From assembly GCF_001186125.1 (NCBI RefSeq), contig NW_014040379.1:89251-123140 (forward strand): a stretch of 33,890 bases of DNA, written 5' to 3'. Both the position numbers and the translations under genes were made by a program. Origin of the DNA: Sphaeroforma arctica JP610 (lineage: Eukaryota). The notes under the pieces are model-generated. The model was not told the DNA's origin, made no database searches, and saw only the letters and a program-made list of their open reading frames with translations. Numbering within the stretch: the stretch's first letter is position 1; every line of letters starts with the position of its first letter. Below, in pieces: positions 13,082 to 23,728 of the stretch.

Positions 13082-14078
13082 GCATACACAAAGAACCAAG
13101 AGATAGCGCGATATTTACAATAACGTAGCGAAAACTAATTTGTGTGTGTGTGTGTTTGATTGATATTGTACTAATATTGTAGCATACTGATCTGCGTCAA
13201 TTGATTTTTCTCGTCTCCAAAACCTGTATGCCAGATACATGATGCCAGGCTTGTTCAATCAAGGAGGCTATGTTCAAACAACCATATTTATCATATGGTA
13301 ACATTTCTTTTGAGTCTAACCCTTGTACTTAAGGTTCAAGCCTGGGACGAGTGGGACCTATCTACTCTATCGTGCACACGTGGAAGAAACTTTGCCTAGT
13401 TCTCAATATCGGGTTTATTTTACTACAGGTAGTCAGATTTTTGTACATGAACCCAATTATAGTTTATAGGTCCCAATATCTTTCAATCGAGATAATAGAA
13501 TTAATATAAATATAAATTTTATATGCAATATGCAATGCAAGCAACAATGCCAGGAAAGATTGCATTTCTAAATAGGCAGTGGAAAGGATATGCACATTGC
13601 GCTCAAGTGTCCTGTCGTGTCTAAAGGTAGTTGATAGGTAGTTCAGATCAATATTCGCAATTCGGGTTTTTCGCTTCTACCGATTTTACCAACGATGTAC
13701 ACTGGGTCTCTCGGGATATCTGAGTTAAGCAATTTCTTTATAGCCTAAACCGGATCATAGTCTTCATAGTTAGTTATGTTTGTTTCAGATTGGACGTGAC
13801 AGTCAGCATTGCCCCACAGCTCAGTAGCGAGATACACAGGAGCAAATAAGATGCCGACAAAGATTTTTTTTTGGTTCAGATCGGATGTAATCGTAGTGAG
13901 GATTGCTTGACGTACGTCGGCGAGCTGGAGTTTGTATTTAGGGATACGAATTTCAATACTATTTCTATAATACATATGGGATATATTCTATACAGACGCG
14001 AGCATCTTTCAACTCATCTACCCAATTAGTGGACGTATTTGAGCCTGACCAATATCGATTGAGATTTGATCATCAGAC

Positions 14079-14232
14079 AAAACTAAGCAGATGCCAGTCT
14101 GATTTCGATCATCATAACATATAGCTGGATTGTCTATTATAGTATGATAGTTGAAAATAAGCAGATAGCAGTCTGATTTCGACGATAGTCAACATAGCAT
14201 ATGACTTGCTTGTTTGTTATAGTACGATAGTG
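14079..14232 (+). repeat. Two-copy ~75-80 bp degenerate tandem repeat
   Basis: aaaactaagcagatgccagtctgatttcga...ttatagtatgatagt followed by aaaataagcagatagcagtctgatttcga...ttatagtacgatagt. Confidence 0.8.
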
Positions 14233-15268
14233 ATGTGTTTGTATCCCACTAATGTAAAATCTGTATCTTTCAAACCCAGAGTATCGTGCAAGGGCAAATT
14301 CCTACTCCGCTGACTATCAGGTTATCTGTATCAACATCGAATGGGGCGTGGTTGTATCGATATATAATACACAAACTTCGGACTCAAAATGAGATACGTT
14401 AATTTCGACTTTCTGGTCGAAGTTTGGGCCACCATTCGTTGCTTCTAACTCATTGTCACAATAAATTTCGGTCGGTTGACCCACTATCGATTCAAATTTA
14501 CCAAGTTAACCCGAATCGAATTGAATACACGTCAAACCGTCCATTTCATAGATACCTATATTATGATGGCTATAACAGAGCAAGCTTGACAATAGATAGT
14601 ATTGTGTGTATTTTCCTCTGTATGTAGATGTACGTACGAATTCATATTATAAACTATAATAAAGAAAAACTCCTTCAGAATTTATACCCAACTTTTAGTT
14701 TATTTGACCACTACTACCCAATGTCGATTGAAGACTATCTACCCACACACAAAAACATCTTCTTTAGTATCTTATCTCCCCTGATAAATTTGATGTAAGT
14801 TGTCGTCATATTTCACTATGTCCCAAAGGCAGTTACTTCACATGTATATCACAGAGTTCAGAAGCTCCCTATCCTAATACAAATGTACAAGTATCAGGGC
14901 CGGGCTTAATACGGAAAGTAGGTAGGGGCGACTGTTTGTTTTTATCTTCGGCCTGTAGCTAGCGAACTTTGCCCAGACTCCAACCCAGAGGGCAGAGATA
15001 TATATATATACTAGGCAACATGATATTAAGGCGGAGAAGACGTCATCAATACCAGTTCTGGTACTTATAAAAAAACGAAGATGTTTGGCCCAAAAATATG
15101 GGAGGGCTTCCCTGAAACATAAATGTGCTTTGGAGCACCCTTGCAAATAACTATTATAGCTGCGAAGACAAGTTGGGGGTCCAAAAACTGCGAATGCAAT
15201 AGACCCAAGACAATATATATGTATTTATTTTGTGAATAATAAATATCAATAAAACACAGTCTTTTGTC

Positions 15269-15340
15269 TCGTGGATAGTATAGTGGCTAGTATCTCCGCC
15301 TGTCACGCGGAAGACCCGGGTTCAATTCCCGGTTCGCGAA
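15269..15340 (+). tRNA. tRNA-Asp(GTC), intronless, 72 nt
   Basis: Full cloverleaf: acceptor TCGTGGA/TTCGCGA, D-arm gtat-agtggcta-gtat, anticodon arm tccgc-CTGTCAC-gcgga, T-arm ccggg-TTCAATT-cccgg. Immediately followed by TTTTT (Pol III terminator). Confidence 0.92.
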
Positions 15341-15638
15341 TTTTTGTTAATCATTCTTTCTTCTTTTAATTTTGCGTTATTGTATTTTGTATGTATACCA
15401 CGGAAGCATCCATATACAATACTGGGCCACCATAAATCGACGAATGTGATCACTGGGTTTTCTTTATATTAACAATAATAGATGCTGCTTCTGCACATAA
15501 ATGGGCAATCCGTGCTGTATTGTAATGTTCTCTTTATCAGTAGACGAGATCTACGAAGTATTCAATCCTTCATTAGCCTGGTATTTAATGCAGATAACAA
15601 TAATAAAAGATTCGGATTGTCATTCACATATTCTCTTA

Positions 15639-15941
15639 GAAACTGCTAAAGTGTGCCCAAATTCAATTGAACAACTTACAAGGGCGTTATCGTCAATACA
15701 CTATTGTCTAAGATCATCACTGATGCTGCGGTTCAGAAACTATTTTATTGGCTGAACCTGTAGATGGTTTAGCTGTGCAGTCCTGCTCTTAGTATATAGA
15801 TAGTTTAGTACCCTTAAACCCGAAATATTAAAATCCTAACACCCTAAACCCCTAAAGCCAAATGGATAGCAAAAATCAGCAAAGGACAACCAAATGGCAG
15901 ATAAATTGACGCATCTACATGAAGATATATTAAATACTAAA
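15639..15941 (+). repeat. ~300-bp dispersed direct repeat, copy 1 (contains CCCTAAA motifs)
   Basis: Aligns by eye with 16653-16982: ttcaattgaaca..acaagggc..gtcaatac..gatcat..tgctgcg..ttagctgtgca..caccctaaacccctaaagccaaatgg..aaggacaaccaaa..atgaagat. Confidence 0.85.
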
Positions 15942-16162
15942 AGAGTAGAGTACTCCTGAAAAGCCTCTTCGAATCGTGTTTTGTTCACAATTGACAGGCA
16001 ATAGTGTGGTTGTATACGAGCAAAGTAGAGTTTAGACTCATAAAAAGTATGTATTATTCTACATATACATGCACGTAGCTTGGATGTTCAATATTCACAT
16101 TGTACACAATTATTTTATTTCATAAGTATAAAAGTGAACAAAATTCAAGCTCCTGTCCAGAA

Positions 16163-16651
16163 TATGGCAACCAACTGGGATACAGTTGACAGCACAACTT
16201 TCGCAGCGGAAGCATCTCATTTCGAGGACGCCATAACAGCTGCGAAGGAAACAAAAGAGGAGGCAGAATTAACATCATGCTTATGAGAGTAGGCATCTAT
16301 GATCAGCAGCCCGAGCGTCGCATACCTCTGGTTGACTCAGAGCTCAGAAAGAGTTACGACCAGACCATCAATGCGTGTGGTGATGACGAGGAGGACGCAT
16401 TATTTCAAATCAGTCATTACATTAGCGAGCTAGATATGATGCGTTCATACTCAGGTGATAAGGTCAATGAACCAGCATTATCTAAACTACTGAAGATCTC
16501 GGAATTTCCGAAGTTAACGAGAGATCCTTTCTTCAAAATAGAAAATTGTGAAGACAGTATCGAGTTTACTACGCAATACAGAGACCTGTTCTTAGTCTAT
16601 GCCACTATGTCAATATCCAGCGCTCGTGAGATATCTATTAAATTACACTGA
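16163..16651 (+). pseudogene. Frameshifted ORF of unknown function (possibly transposon ORF1/gag-like)
   Basis: ATG at 16163 (MATNWDTVD...) runs into the overlapping 124-aa ORF 16277-16651 through one frameshift. Composition is acidic and helical and looks protein-like, but I recognised no motif. Confidence 0.35.
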
Positions 16652-16652
16652 T

Positions 16653-16982
16653 GAAACTGAGAAGACCAAGGTTCAATTGAACAGACCACAAGGGCATTAT
16701 TGTCAATACCCAATTTTCTTCGATCATTATCAATGCTGCGCTTCGGAAAGTAAATCTTTGGCTGGACCTGCCGATGGGTTGGTTAGCTGTGCAATCCTGC
16801 TATTAGTATACATATAGTTCATTATCCTTAAACCCCTGAATATAAAAACCATAGCACCCTAAACCCCTAAAGCCAAATGGGTAGTAAAAATATTCCTCCA
16901 CCACTGCTACATGTCCCAGACAAGGACAACCAAAAGGCAGATTAATTGTCGCGTCTATATGAAGATGCAATTAATACCAAAA
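16653..16982 (+). repeat. ~330-bp dispersed direct repeat, copy 2
   Basis: Diverged copy of 15639-15941 with an extra ~25-bp segment near 16893-16918. Confidence 0.85.
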
Positions 16983-17889
16983 CGCCAGATGTATTAATAA
17001 TCGCAAACATAACAACACACAAAAGCCAATAGTACACCACCTTGAAAATAAACATGACATTAACCATATCGGAAATAGACTGCAAGTTATATTCCGGATT
17101 CTACAGCCGGAAGACAGTTTAGCAAATCCACAGTATATCTGTTTATATCGGCACACAATGAACACACATATAAATAACAAACAAAATACTGAATGCGTTA
17201 CTACCAAAGTGTGCACAGGAAGAAAATGCAATGGCAATTCCACTTCGAGAGCTCGTACCGGATGTACTTGACAAAGTCGTGAAAGAAGCAACCATCATCA
17301 CGATATGTGTACTATACTACTCAAATGCAACGTGATTCCCTAACTGTGCTAGAAGAAGACCCGATGCTAGTGGAAACACACAATCAACGGGTTTTAGCTA
17401 AAGGCGAGACAGTACGGGGCAAACCCCATGGGGCATCACATTAGTAGCAAAGATAGACACTAAATCTCCATATTGAAAATACATACTTTGACAGGATACA
17501 CCACCCCTCCAGACCGCTTACCAACCGGACACACGGCACCCCACCTTCCCCACCAACCCCGCTCACTCACACGCCACAGTGACCACCAACCCATCAACCA
17601 ATACCACTTGATGATATCCACCGCCGAGAAACACCCCTCGAAATGTACTTAGACCATTCGCATACTTTGACATAAGGCAAGAATAACCAGGCATACATGT
17701 CTCAGCATCACAAACAGTACACAACGGACACCAACCATTAGGCGCAAATTTACGAACGTCGCATTAGTAGCAAATATAGGCACTGAACCTCCATACGAAA
17801 ACCTCCATACTTTGACACAAGGCATGAACAACCAGTCATACATGCCGCAGTATAGCAAACAATACGTACCTGGGACCAGCCATGTGGCG

Positions 17890-18206
17890 CAAATTCATAC
17901 CATCGAGCAATACCACAATCTGGGACACAGACGCATCTTTGAAAAGTGCTTTCTTAATCTGATTGCGAGCCACCCCGGCTGGCTTCAAATCACGGTACTC
18001 CTGTCATACCCAAGCACTTGCCGCCATGGAATCTGAGACACAGTCAGAAGAGGAGTGGAACGACGTCTGTCTGGACATATCCAAAGCATACGACAAGGTC
18101 GCTTTCCTACGCATATGGGTACGTCTGCGCCACGCTGGAATGCCCGAAAACTGGATCAACTTCCTCCGCGCGCTGTTTGGGAGGGTCCCTACCCGAGTGG
18201 CATACC
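17890..18206 (+). mobile_element. Non-LTR retrotransposon reverse transcriptase fragment
   Basis: RRIFEKCFL / frameshift / AGFKSRYSCHTQ..VCLDISKAYDKV..IWVRLRHAGMPENWINFLRALF matches the non-LTR RT motifs (K.FEK, GF, LD..KA[FY]D.V). Truncated before the YADD motif. Confidence 0.85.
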
Positions 18207-18420
18207 AGCATAATTTGCACCGAAATCTACTGCAAAGCAGAAACGTTCCCATTCCTATTGTTGTGGAAATAGCAATACTACATATGAGTCTCAGCTCAAT
18301 ATGTTCAATATATTGGTGTTTAATATTTTGTGGATGTGCTTTGGGTATTGGCATTAATGAAAAGTGCCTCAATATATCATTCCTTGCTTCCTATTCATTA
18401 CTTGATTAGCGACAGAGCCT

Positions 18421-19573
18421 CGTGCGCATTTTGGATCATGTGTCAAATCGTATGATGTTATTTTCAACCGCATCCTACTCTCATCATCTTTCACACCAGA
18501 AAATCGCAGCCTGTCTTTCCGGATCTACGATCGCGCCTCTTCATTAGATCCACATTTGTAGCCCTTTCAATATGTGAGTTTGTTTAGTTTTGTTTGGCGT
18601 TGTAGCACACTACAGCGTAGTAACCTCGTTTCAAATTGACATCCCTCTCCAAGACACGACAGTATGGTGGTACGCTGCATACTGCAAAGTAATTTAGTGT
18701 TAGAGTTTTGCGGAAATATGTACTATATACATTGATCAGTACGATATGACAGTATTACATACAGCAGCTATAAATGCCGTAGTTTCGTTAAAATAGCTAA
18801 ATTGTACGCCCTCTTTGATTTCATGTATGTCCGGATCCCATGTAGAAGAGTAATCTGGGGACGGTCCTTCGTGTCGTGGAGCAGCGGTATCACGCTTTGA
18901 GACTCTCGGATTTGACCGCTTTGGTACAGATGTCGCAGAGTGATTCACATTATGTGTGTCTTGGAAGTCGTCATCGCCTTTTTCTTCATTGAACATCCTA
19001 CATAATCCACATCAAGTTTGAAATCTTCGTTAGGAGTGCGTAATAAATCAATACAAATAACTTATCTCTTATCACTTATCATGGATGTATCAAACTATCG
19101 ACTACCTTTTTTATCTGGATGGCAGAGTCTCCAATGGCCTTGGCGGAGATATAATACTTGATGCTCGTTTTGGTCTCGGTTTCGGTACAGGTTTTCGATT
19201 TGTAATTTCTGTGTCTGCAGAATGGAAATTATCACCGATGCCGGAATCATTCTTCGAGTTCTTTTGGTCCTCGTCATTATCAGGCTCAGATTCAATATCA
19301 AGCAGAGTCGGATGGCTTTTGCTAGATACATATCATAAACATAGATAGTTAAAATTAGTATACATTAAAAAACCGTATAACTTTTAGGCTATTCTCTTTC
19401 GACCAATGTATCAGAATTAATTTAACATACTTATTCATCATCTCCATGTCACTTTGGTCCCTTAGTGTAAGTTCTGACTGTGTTGTATCTGGTATCGATA
19501 TCAAAGCAACATAACGACTATAACGGCCCAAATCAGTCATGTGAGTGTACGGTCTTTGGCTGAGCAGGTGCAC
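18421..19573 (-). mobile_element. Spliced pseudogene fragment with a FAR1-type (WRKY/GCM1 zinc) DNA-binding domain, probably the N-terminus of a Mutator-like transposase
   Basis: Minus-strand exons 19573-19431, 19321-19106, 18997-18763 and 18681-~18421 join in frame across GT-AG introns of 109, 108 and 81 nt. The peptide EGVQFSYFNETTAFIAA|YAAY..YYAVVC..RRDRRSGKTGCDF..LKITSYDLTHD is FAR1-like. There is an internal TAA at 19113-19111 and frameshifts in the last exon. Confidence 0.6.
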
Positions 19574-20446
19574 TACGTCGATGCTTTGAATATATTTCTC
19601 ATCAAAGAGCTGGATCTTATTTTATGATGCAAAGCAGAACTCATGCCGCATCTATGCCTGATCAATTTTTTAATCAAAGCTCCAGTAGAAGTACATGTGC
19701 TCCGACTACGTCCGATTTCTTCAGCAGCCATGTGATGGACGTGGACATCGACGCCGTATTTGATGAACAAATATATAAAGAGTATGGTGAACCCCATTCA
19801 CGAGGTTGTGCCATTCTTTGACCCCATTCTCGGAAATTCTCTCATCGACCTAAATACTCTATGGGCTGCCAATCCATCAGGGCAGCACAGTGAGATACGA
19901 AGAAGTGATTCAGATGTTCATCCTTATACGCTTATCCACATTCCTGGCGTAGATCCATTATCGTTTTATGGGGAGGTAATACCTTATTATCAATTTCAAA
20001 TGTACAGTCACCAATTGCTGGATTTTCTATCGGACATACAATACTTCGATTTACGGTCAATAGACCGTGACGGACAAATTGTAGCATATCGCTACTAAGG
20101 TGATATTTCTGCAAATTGATACTTATCTGATTTACGGAAGTATAGACTAAACTAAGTACGTATCCTTCGTATCTATAACGAGTGCATCAGTCGTAGAATT
20201 CAACTTTGTCTATATATTTATTCCCATTTTCCTGAGAATTGCGAATATCAATTTCTTGATCTATATTCGCACGTGGATGTATTATTAGGGCAGATACTGA
20301 CTTCTAATGATAAACATGTTGCTATTTATTGGGCGGGTATCAGAGAAGGTCTATTTTTCCATCTGTTAGAGATTAGAAAAGTATGAAAGATGTCATCAAT
20401 TTGTTGTACAAATCATTTCCCTAACCCTCCCCCCCCTAAATCAAAC

Positions 20447-21264
20447 ATGTGCACTGATAACGGTAGCGAGTTCTGCGATGACGTAATGGAATCGTTAGTA
20501 CTCGTATCAGGCATGTGCCATAAAAGGGGTGTACCATATAAACCGAAAACACAAGGCGCGAATGAAACGCGCCAAAGAAGACTTAAGTTCTTTTTACGTA
20601 CTGCACTAACGGATAATTCAGATGATTGGTCGTACCACCTTAAATGGGTACAAACACAAATGAACGAGTGTGCTGATCCGGTTACAGGTACAACACCAGC
20701 TCACTATTTTCGTGGCAGATATAGGGAGTTACAAATACCTTTGAACAAGGCCGAACCTAATCACATTGAGTTACCATGGTTAGAGAAGTACAACGTATTT
20801 ATAACGTTGTATATCCTTGCTTGCGAGAAACACGCAATATAGCCTTATTAAAAAGGCAAAATAGATGGAACGCTACCAAAAAGATAGCAGAGTATCAGGT
20901 TGGAGACAGAGTTAATATCCGTCAACGTGATTCCGATGCTACTGTACTAACATCGAAATGGATAGGATCATACATAATCTCTGTAGCCGACACTAAAAGT
21001 GGAACCTATGATGTTAATAACCCCGACGGTTCTAGTGCTTTAATTATAGGCACTAGTCGGATTCCGACTACTGAGATTATACTCGCAAGAAGACATGACT
21101 CTAATGCACCTCTTGATCGTTCTGAATTTAAAGACATTATATGGAGAGCAGATAAGGGAGGTTATACATACTATCGTACACGCTTTATAGACGGTACAAT
21201 CGCTGAGTTGATTTCAGATGCTTTCGATAATCAAGACTATTTAAAAACCTTTAATCAAAAATAG
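20447..21264 (+). mobile_element. Ty3/Gypsy (chromovirus-type) integrase 3' part: rve core, GPY/F region and chromodomain-like tail; frameshifted
   Basis: TDNGSEF..PYKPKTQGANE..DDWSYHL..TGTTP (rve second D and E); YQVGDRV..KWIGSYII (GPY/F); EFKDIIWR..GYTYYRTRFIDG..YLKTF (chromodomain-like). Frameshift near 20770. The 5' part of the element is missing. Confidence 0.9.
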
Positions 21265-21620
21265 CGTAAACGCCTGCATAAGTCACAAGCTGAAAAAGAT
21301 AGCATGTCTCCATCATCTGAAGGCACGGAAGTTAAAACTTACCCGCCTACAGCATTTATCCCGAGCTTTAATGCCCACCCTTCATATGTGCTTAAGACAC
21401 TGAAGCGTAGGAAACGTCCAGTCGACCACCCCGGACCTACTGGACCTAAGCCCAAAACTCACAGGGTATACGAGAACGCTTCACTTCTCCGCCTGAGAAA
21501 CATTAACTATATGTTATGCTACTTAATGTTTCGACCCGTTTTTCCTTCTCGCTTTGTAATCCAAAATCGGCTTGAGTGAGAAACTAGTCTCCCTTGGATT
21601 TCAAAGCTGGGTGTGGGCTG

Positions 21621-22342
21621 TGTAATAGCCGGGCCTCCACATTAGACTCTATGTTATAAACATACTCTTAAGCAGTACGTAAACTATAAACGTACTCTTA
21701 ATAGTACGAAGAACTTAAGTTTCCTAAAATGGGTTATAACTGTTTTTATTAATTACATACCTTTTCCATTTTACATATCAGATATTTGGATAAGGCCATT
21801 AAAAGGCCAGATTAAAATGCCAAAGACATGATTTCTATTTATATCTGAATACTTCGGTAGCGAGATGGCTCAACCGAATATAGGTTTCTAGGGACTATTA
21901 GCGTTACCTAGTTTAACATCCGTTCAGCCAACCAGATGTGCCAGTCTGATGAAGGCTAAGTTGGTAATTATTGATAAGTGGCAAGTTATTGGTTAATGCA
22001 ATAACTATGGACATCAAGAGTATTTTTCTTTTCTTTTTTTATAAAGATAGGATTTTATGAGTCTCTCGGATTCACCCCAACGAAATATACCATAGCTTCT
22101 AATAGAGCGACAACGAAACACTAAATAAAATCCCTTCGGCGAAAACAGTACTGAGAGGATTATATATAGGCAATTTCTCAGCCTCACAATCCCTCAGAGT
22201 ATTGCTGTTTTCACGAGACATACCTAAATTTACTAAAAGACTCATTTCGTTTATTTATTTCGAATTTAACTATACTTAGACTTAACCTAAGCGTTTAATT
22301 ACTCTAAGGCGTTAATATCGCCTTGATAGACCGAATCTTACA
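21621..22342 (+). mobile_element. Putative 3' LTR (722 bp) of the Gypsy element
   Basis: Starts TGTAA directly after a G-rich PPT-like tract (gggtgtggg, 21609-21617) and ends TTACA, giving 5-bp inverted termini, directly against (TA)n. Contains tataaa duplications and an aataaa near 22124. No second LTR is available in the window for comparison. Confidence 0.65.
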
Positions 22343-22354
22343 TATATATATATA

Positions 22355-22423
<69 letters not shown>

Positions 22424-22432
22424 TGTGTGTGT
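22343..22432. repeat. (TA)n(GT)n microsatellite
   Basis: Directly visible; runs into the assembly gap. Confidence 0.95.
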
Positions 22433-23297
22433 NNNNNNNNNNNNNNNNNNNNNNNNNNNNNNNNNNNNNNNNNNNNNNNNNNNNNNNNNNNNNNNNNNNN
22501 NNNNNNNNNNNNNNNNNNNNNNNNNNNNNNNNNNNNNNNNNNNNNNNNNNNNNNNNNNNNNNNNNNNNNNNNNNNNNNNNNNNNNNNNNNNNNNNNNNNN
22601 NNNNNNNNNNNNNNNNNNNNNNNNNNNNNNNNNNNNNNNNNNNNNNNNNNNNNNNNNNNNNNNNNNNNNNNNNNNNNNNNNNNNNNNNNNNNNNNNNNNN
22701 NNNNNNNNNNNNNNNNNNNNNNNNNNNNNNNNNNNNNNNNNNNNNNNNNNNNNNNNNNNNNNNNNNNNNNNNNNNNNNNNNNNNNNNNNNNNNNNNNNNN
22801 NNNNNNNNNNNNNNNNNNNNNNNNNNNNNNNNNNNNNNNNNNNNNNNNNNNNNNNNNNNNNNNNNNNNNNNNNNNNNNNNNNNNNNNNNNNNNNNNNNNN
22901 NNNNNNNNNNNNNNNNNNNNNNNNNNNNNNNNNNNNNNNNNNNNNNNNNNNNNNNNNNNNNNNNNNNNNNNNNNNNNNNNNNNNNNNNNNNNNNNNNNNN
23001 NNNNNNNNNNNNNNNNNNNNNNNNNNNNNNNNNNNNNNNNNNNNNNNNNNNNNNNNNNNNNNNNNNNNNNNNNNNNNNNNNNNNNNNNNNNNNNNNNNNN
23101 NNNNNNNNNNNNNNNNNNNNNNNNNNNNNNNNNNNNNNNNNNNNNNNNNNNNNNNNNNNNNNNNNNNNNNNNNNNNNNNNNNNNNNNNNNNNNNNNNNNN
23201 NNNNNNNNNNNNNNNNNNNNNNNNNNNNNNNNNNNNNNNNNNNNNNNNNNNNNNNNNNNNNNNNNNNNNNNNNNNNNNNNNNNNNNNNNNNNNNNNN
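22433..23297. other. Assembly gap (865 N)
   Basis: Run of n. Confidence 1.
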
Positions 23298-23384
23298 ATA
23301 TATATGTGTGTGTGTGTGTATGTATGTATGTGTGAGTGAGTGAGCGAGTGAGAGTGTGAGTGAGTAAGTGAGTGAGAGAGAGAG

Positions 23385-23416
<32 letters not shown>

Positions 23417-23500
23417 TGGGAGAGTGAGAGAGTGAGTGAGAGAGAGAGTGTGTGTATGTGTGTGTGTGTGAGAGAGAGAGAGAAGGAAGTGTATGTGTGT
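23298..23500. repeat. Compound (TA)/(GT)/(GA)/(GAGT) microsatellite
   Basis: Directly visible. Confidence 0.95.
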
Positions 23501-23728
23501 GCAACGGCATATGTTTATAATCATTTCAGTACTTAAACTGCCTTAGTTATGCTTCAAATATACCGAAAAATGTAACAAATAAATGTTATTTAATTGAATA
23601 TACACGTGACAATTTAATTGGGCTAAAAGTAGTGAGTTGTTTTGGTAACAAAGTATAACCTATAACACAAAGGGTAACGTTTTTACCTGATATATTACCT
23701 GATACATTTTTATTATTTCTATTGTTAG

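Noticed and set aside
13570..14060. Minus-strand decayed reading frame with faint similarity (KKLL..RDP) to the 16277 ORF
   Set aside because: The similarity is too short to distinguish from chance, and no domain was recognised.
14895..14915. CAGGGCCGGG as a hAT-type terminal inverted repeat
   Set aside because: I found no matching inverted partner or transposase remnant in the window.
15639..16982. Direct repeats as canonical LTRs
   Set aside because: No clear TG...CA termini, PBS, PPT or TSD; kept only as unexplained direct repeats.
17440..17850. Short degenerate duplications (attagtagcaaa..catactttgaca) as a structured RNA or element end
   Set aside because: They look like local decayed tandem duplications, with no consistent pairing or boundaries.
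22304..23524. Long ORFs on both strands (likewise 29203-29892)
   Set aside because: Artefacts of N-gaps and flanking microsatellites.
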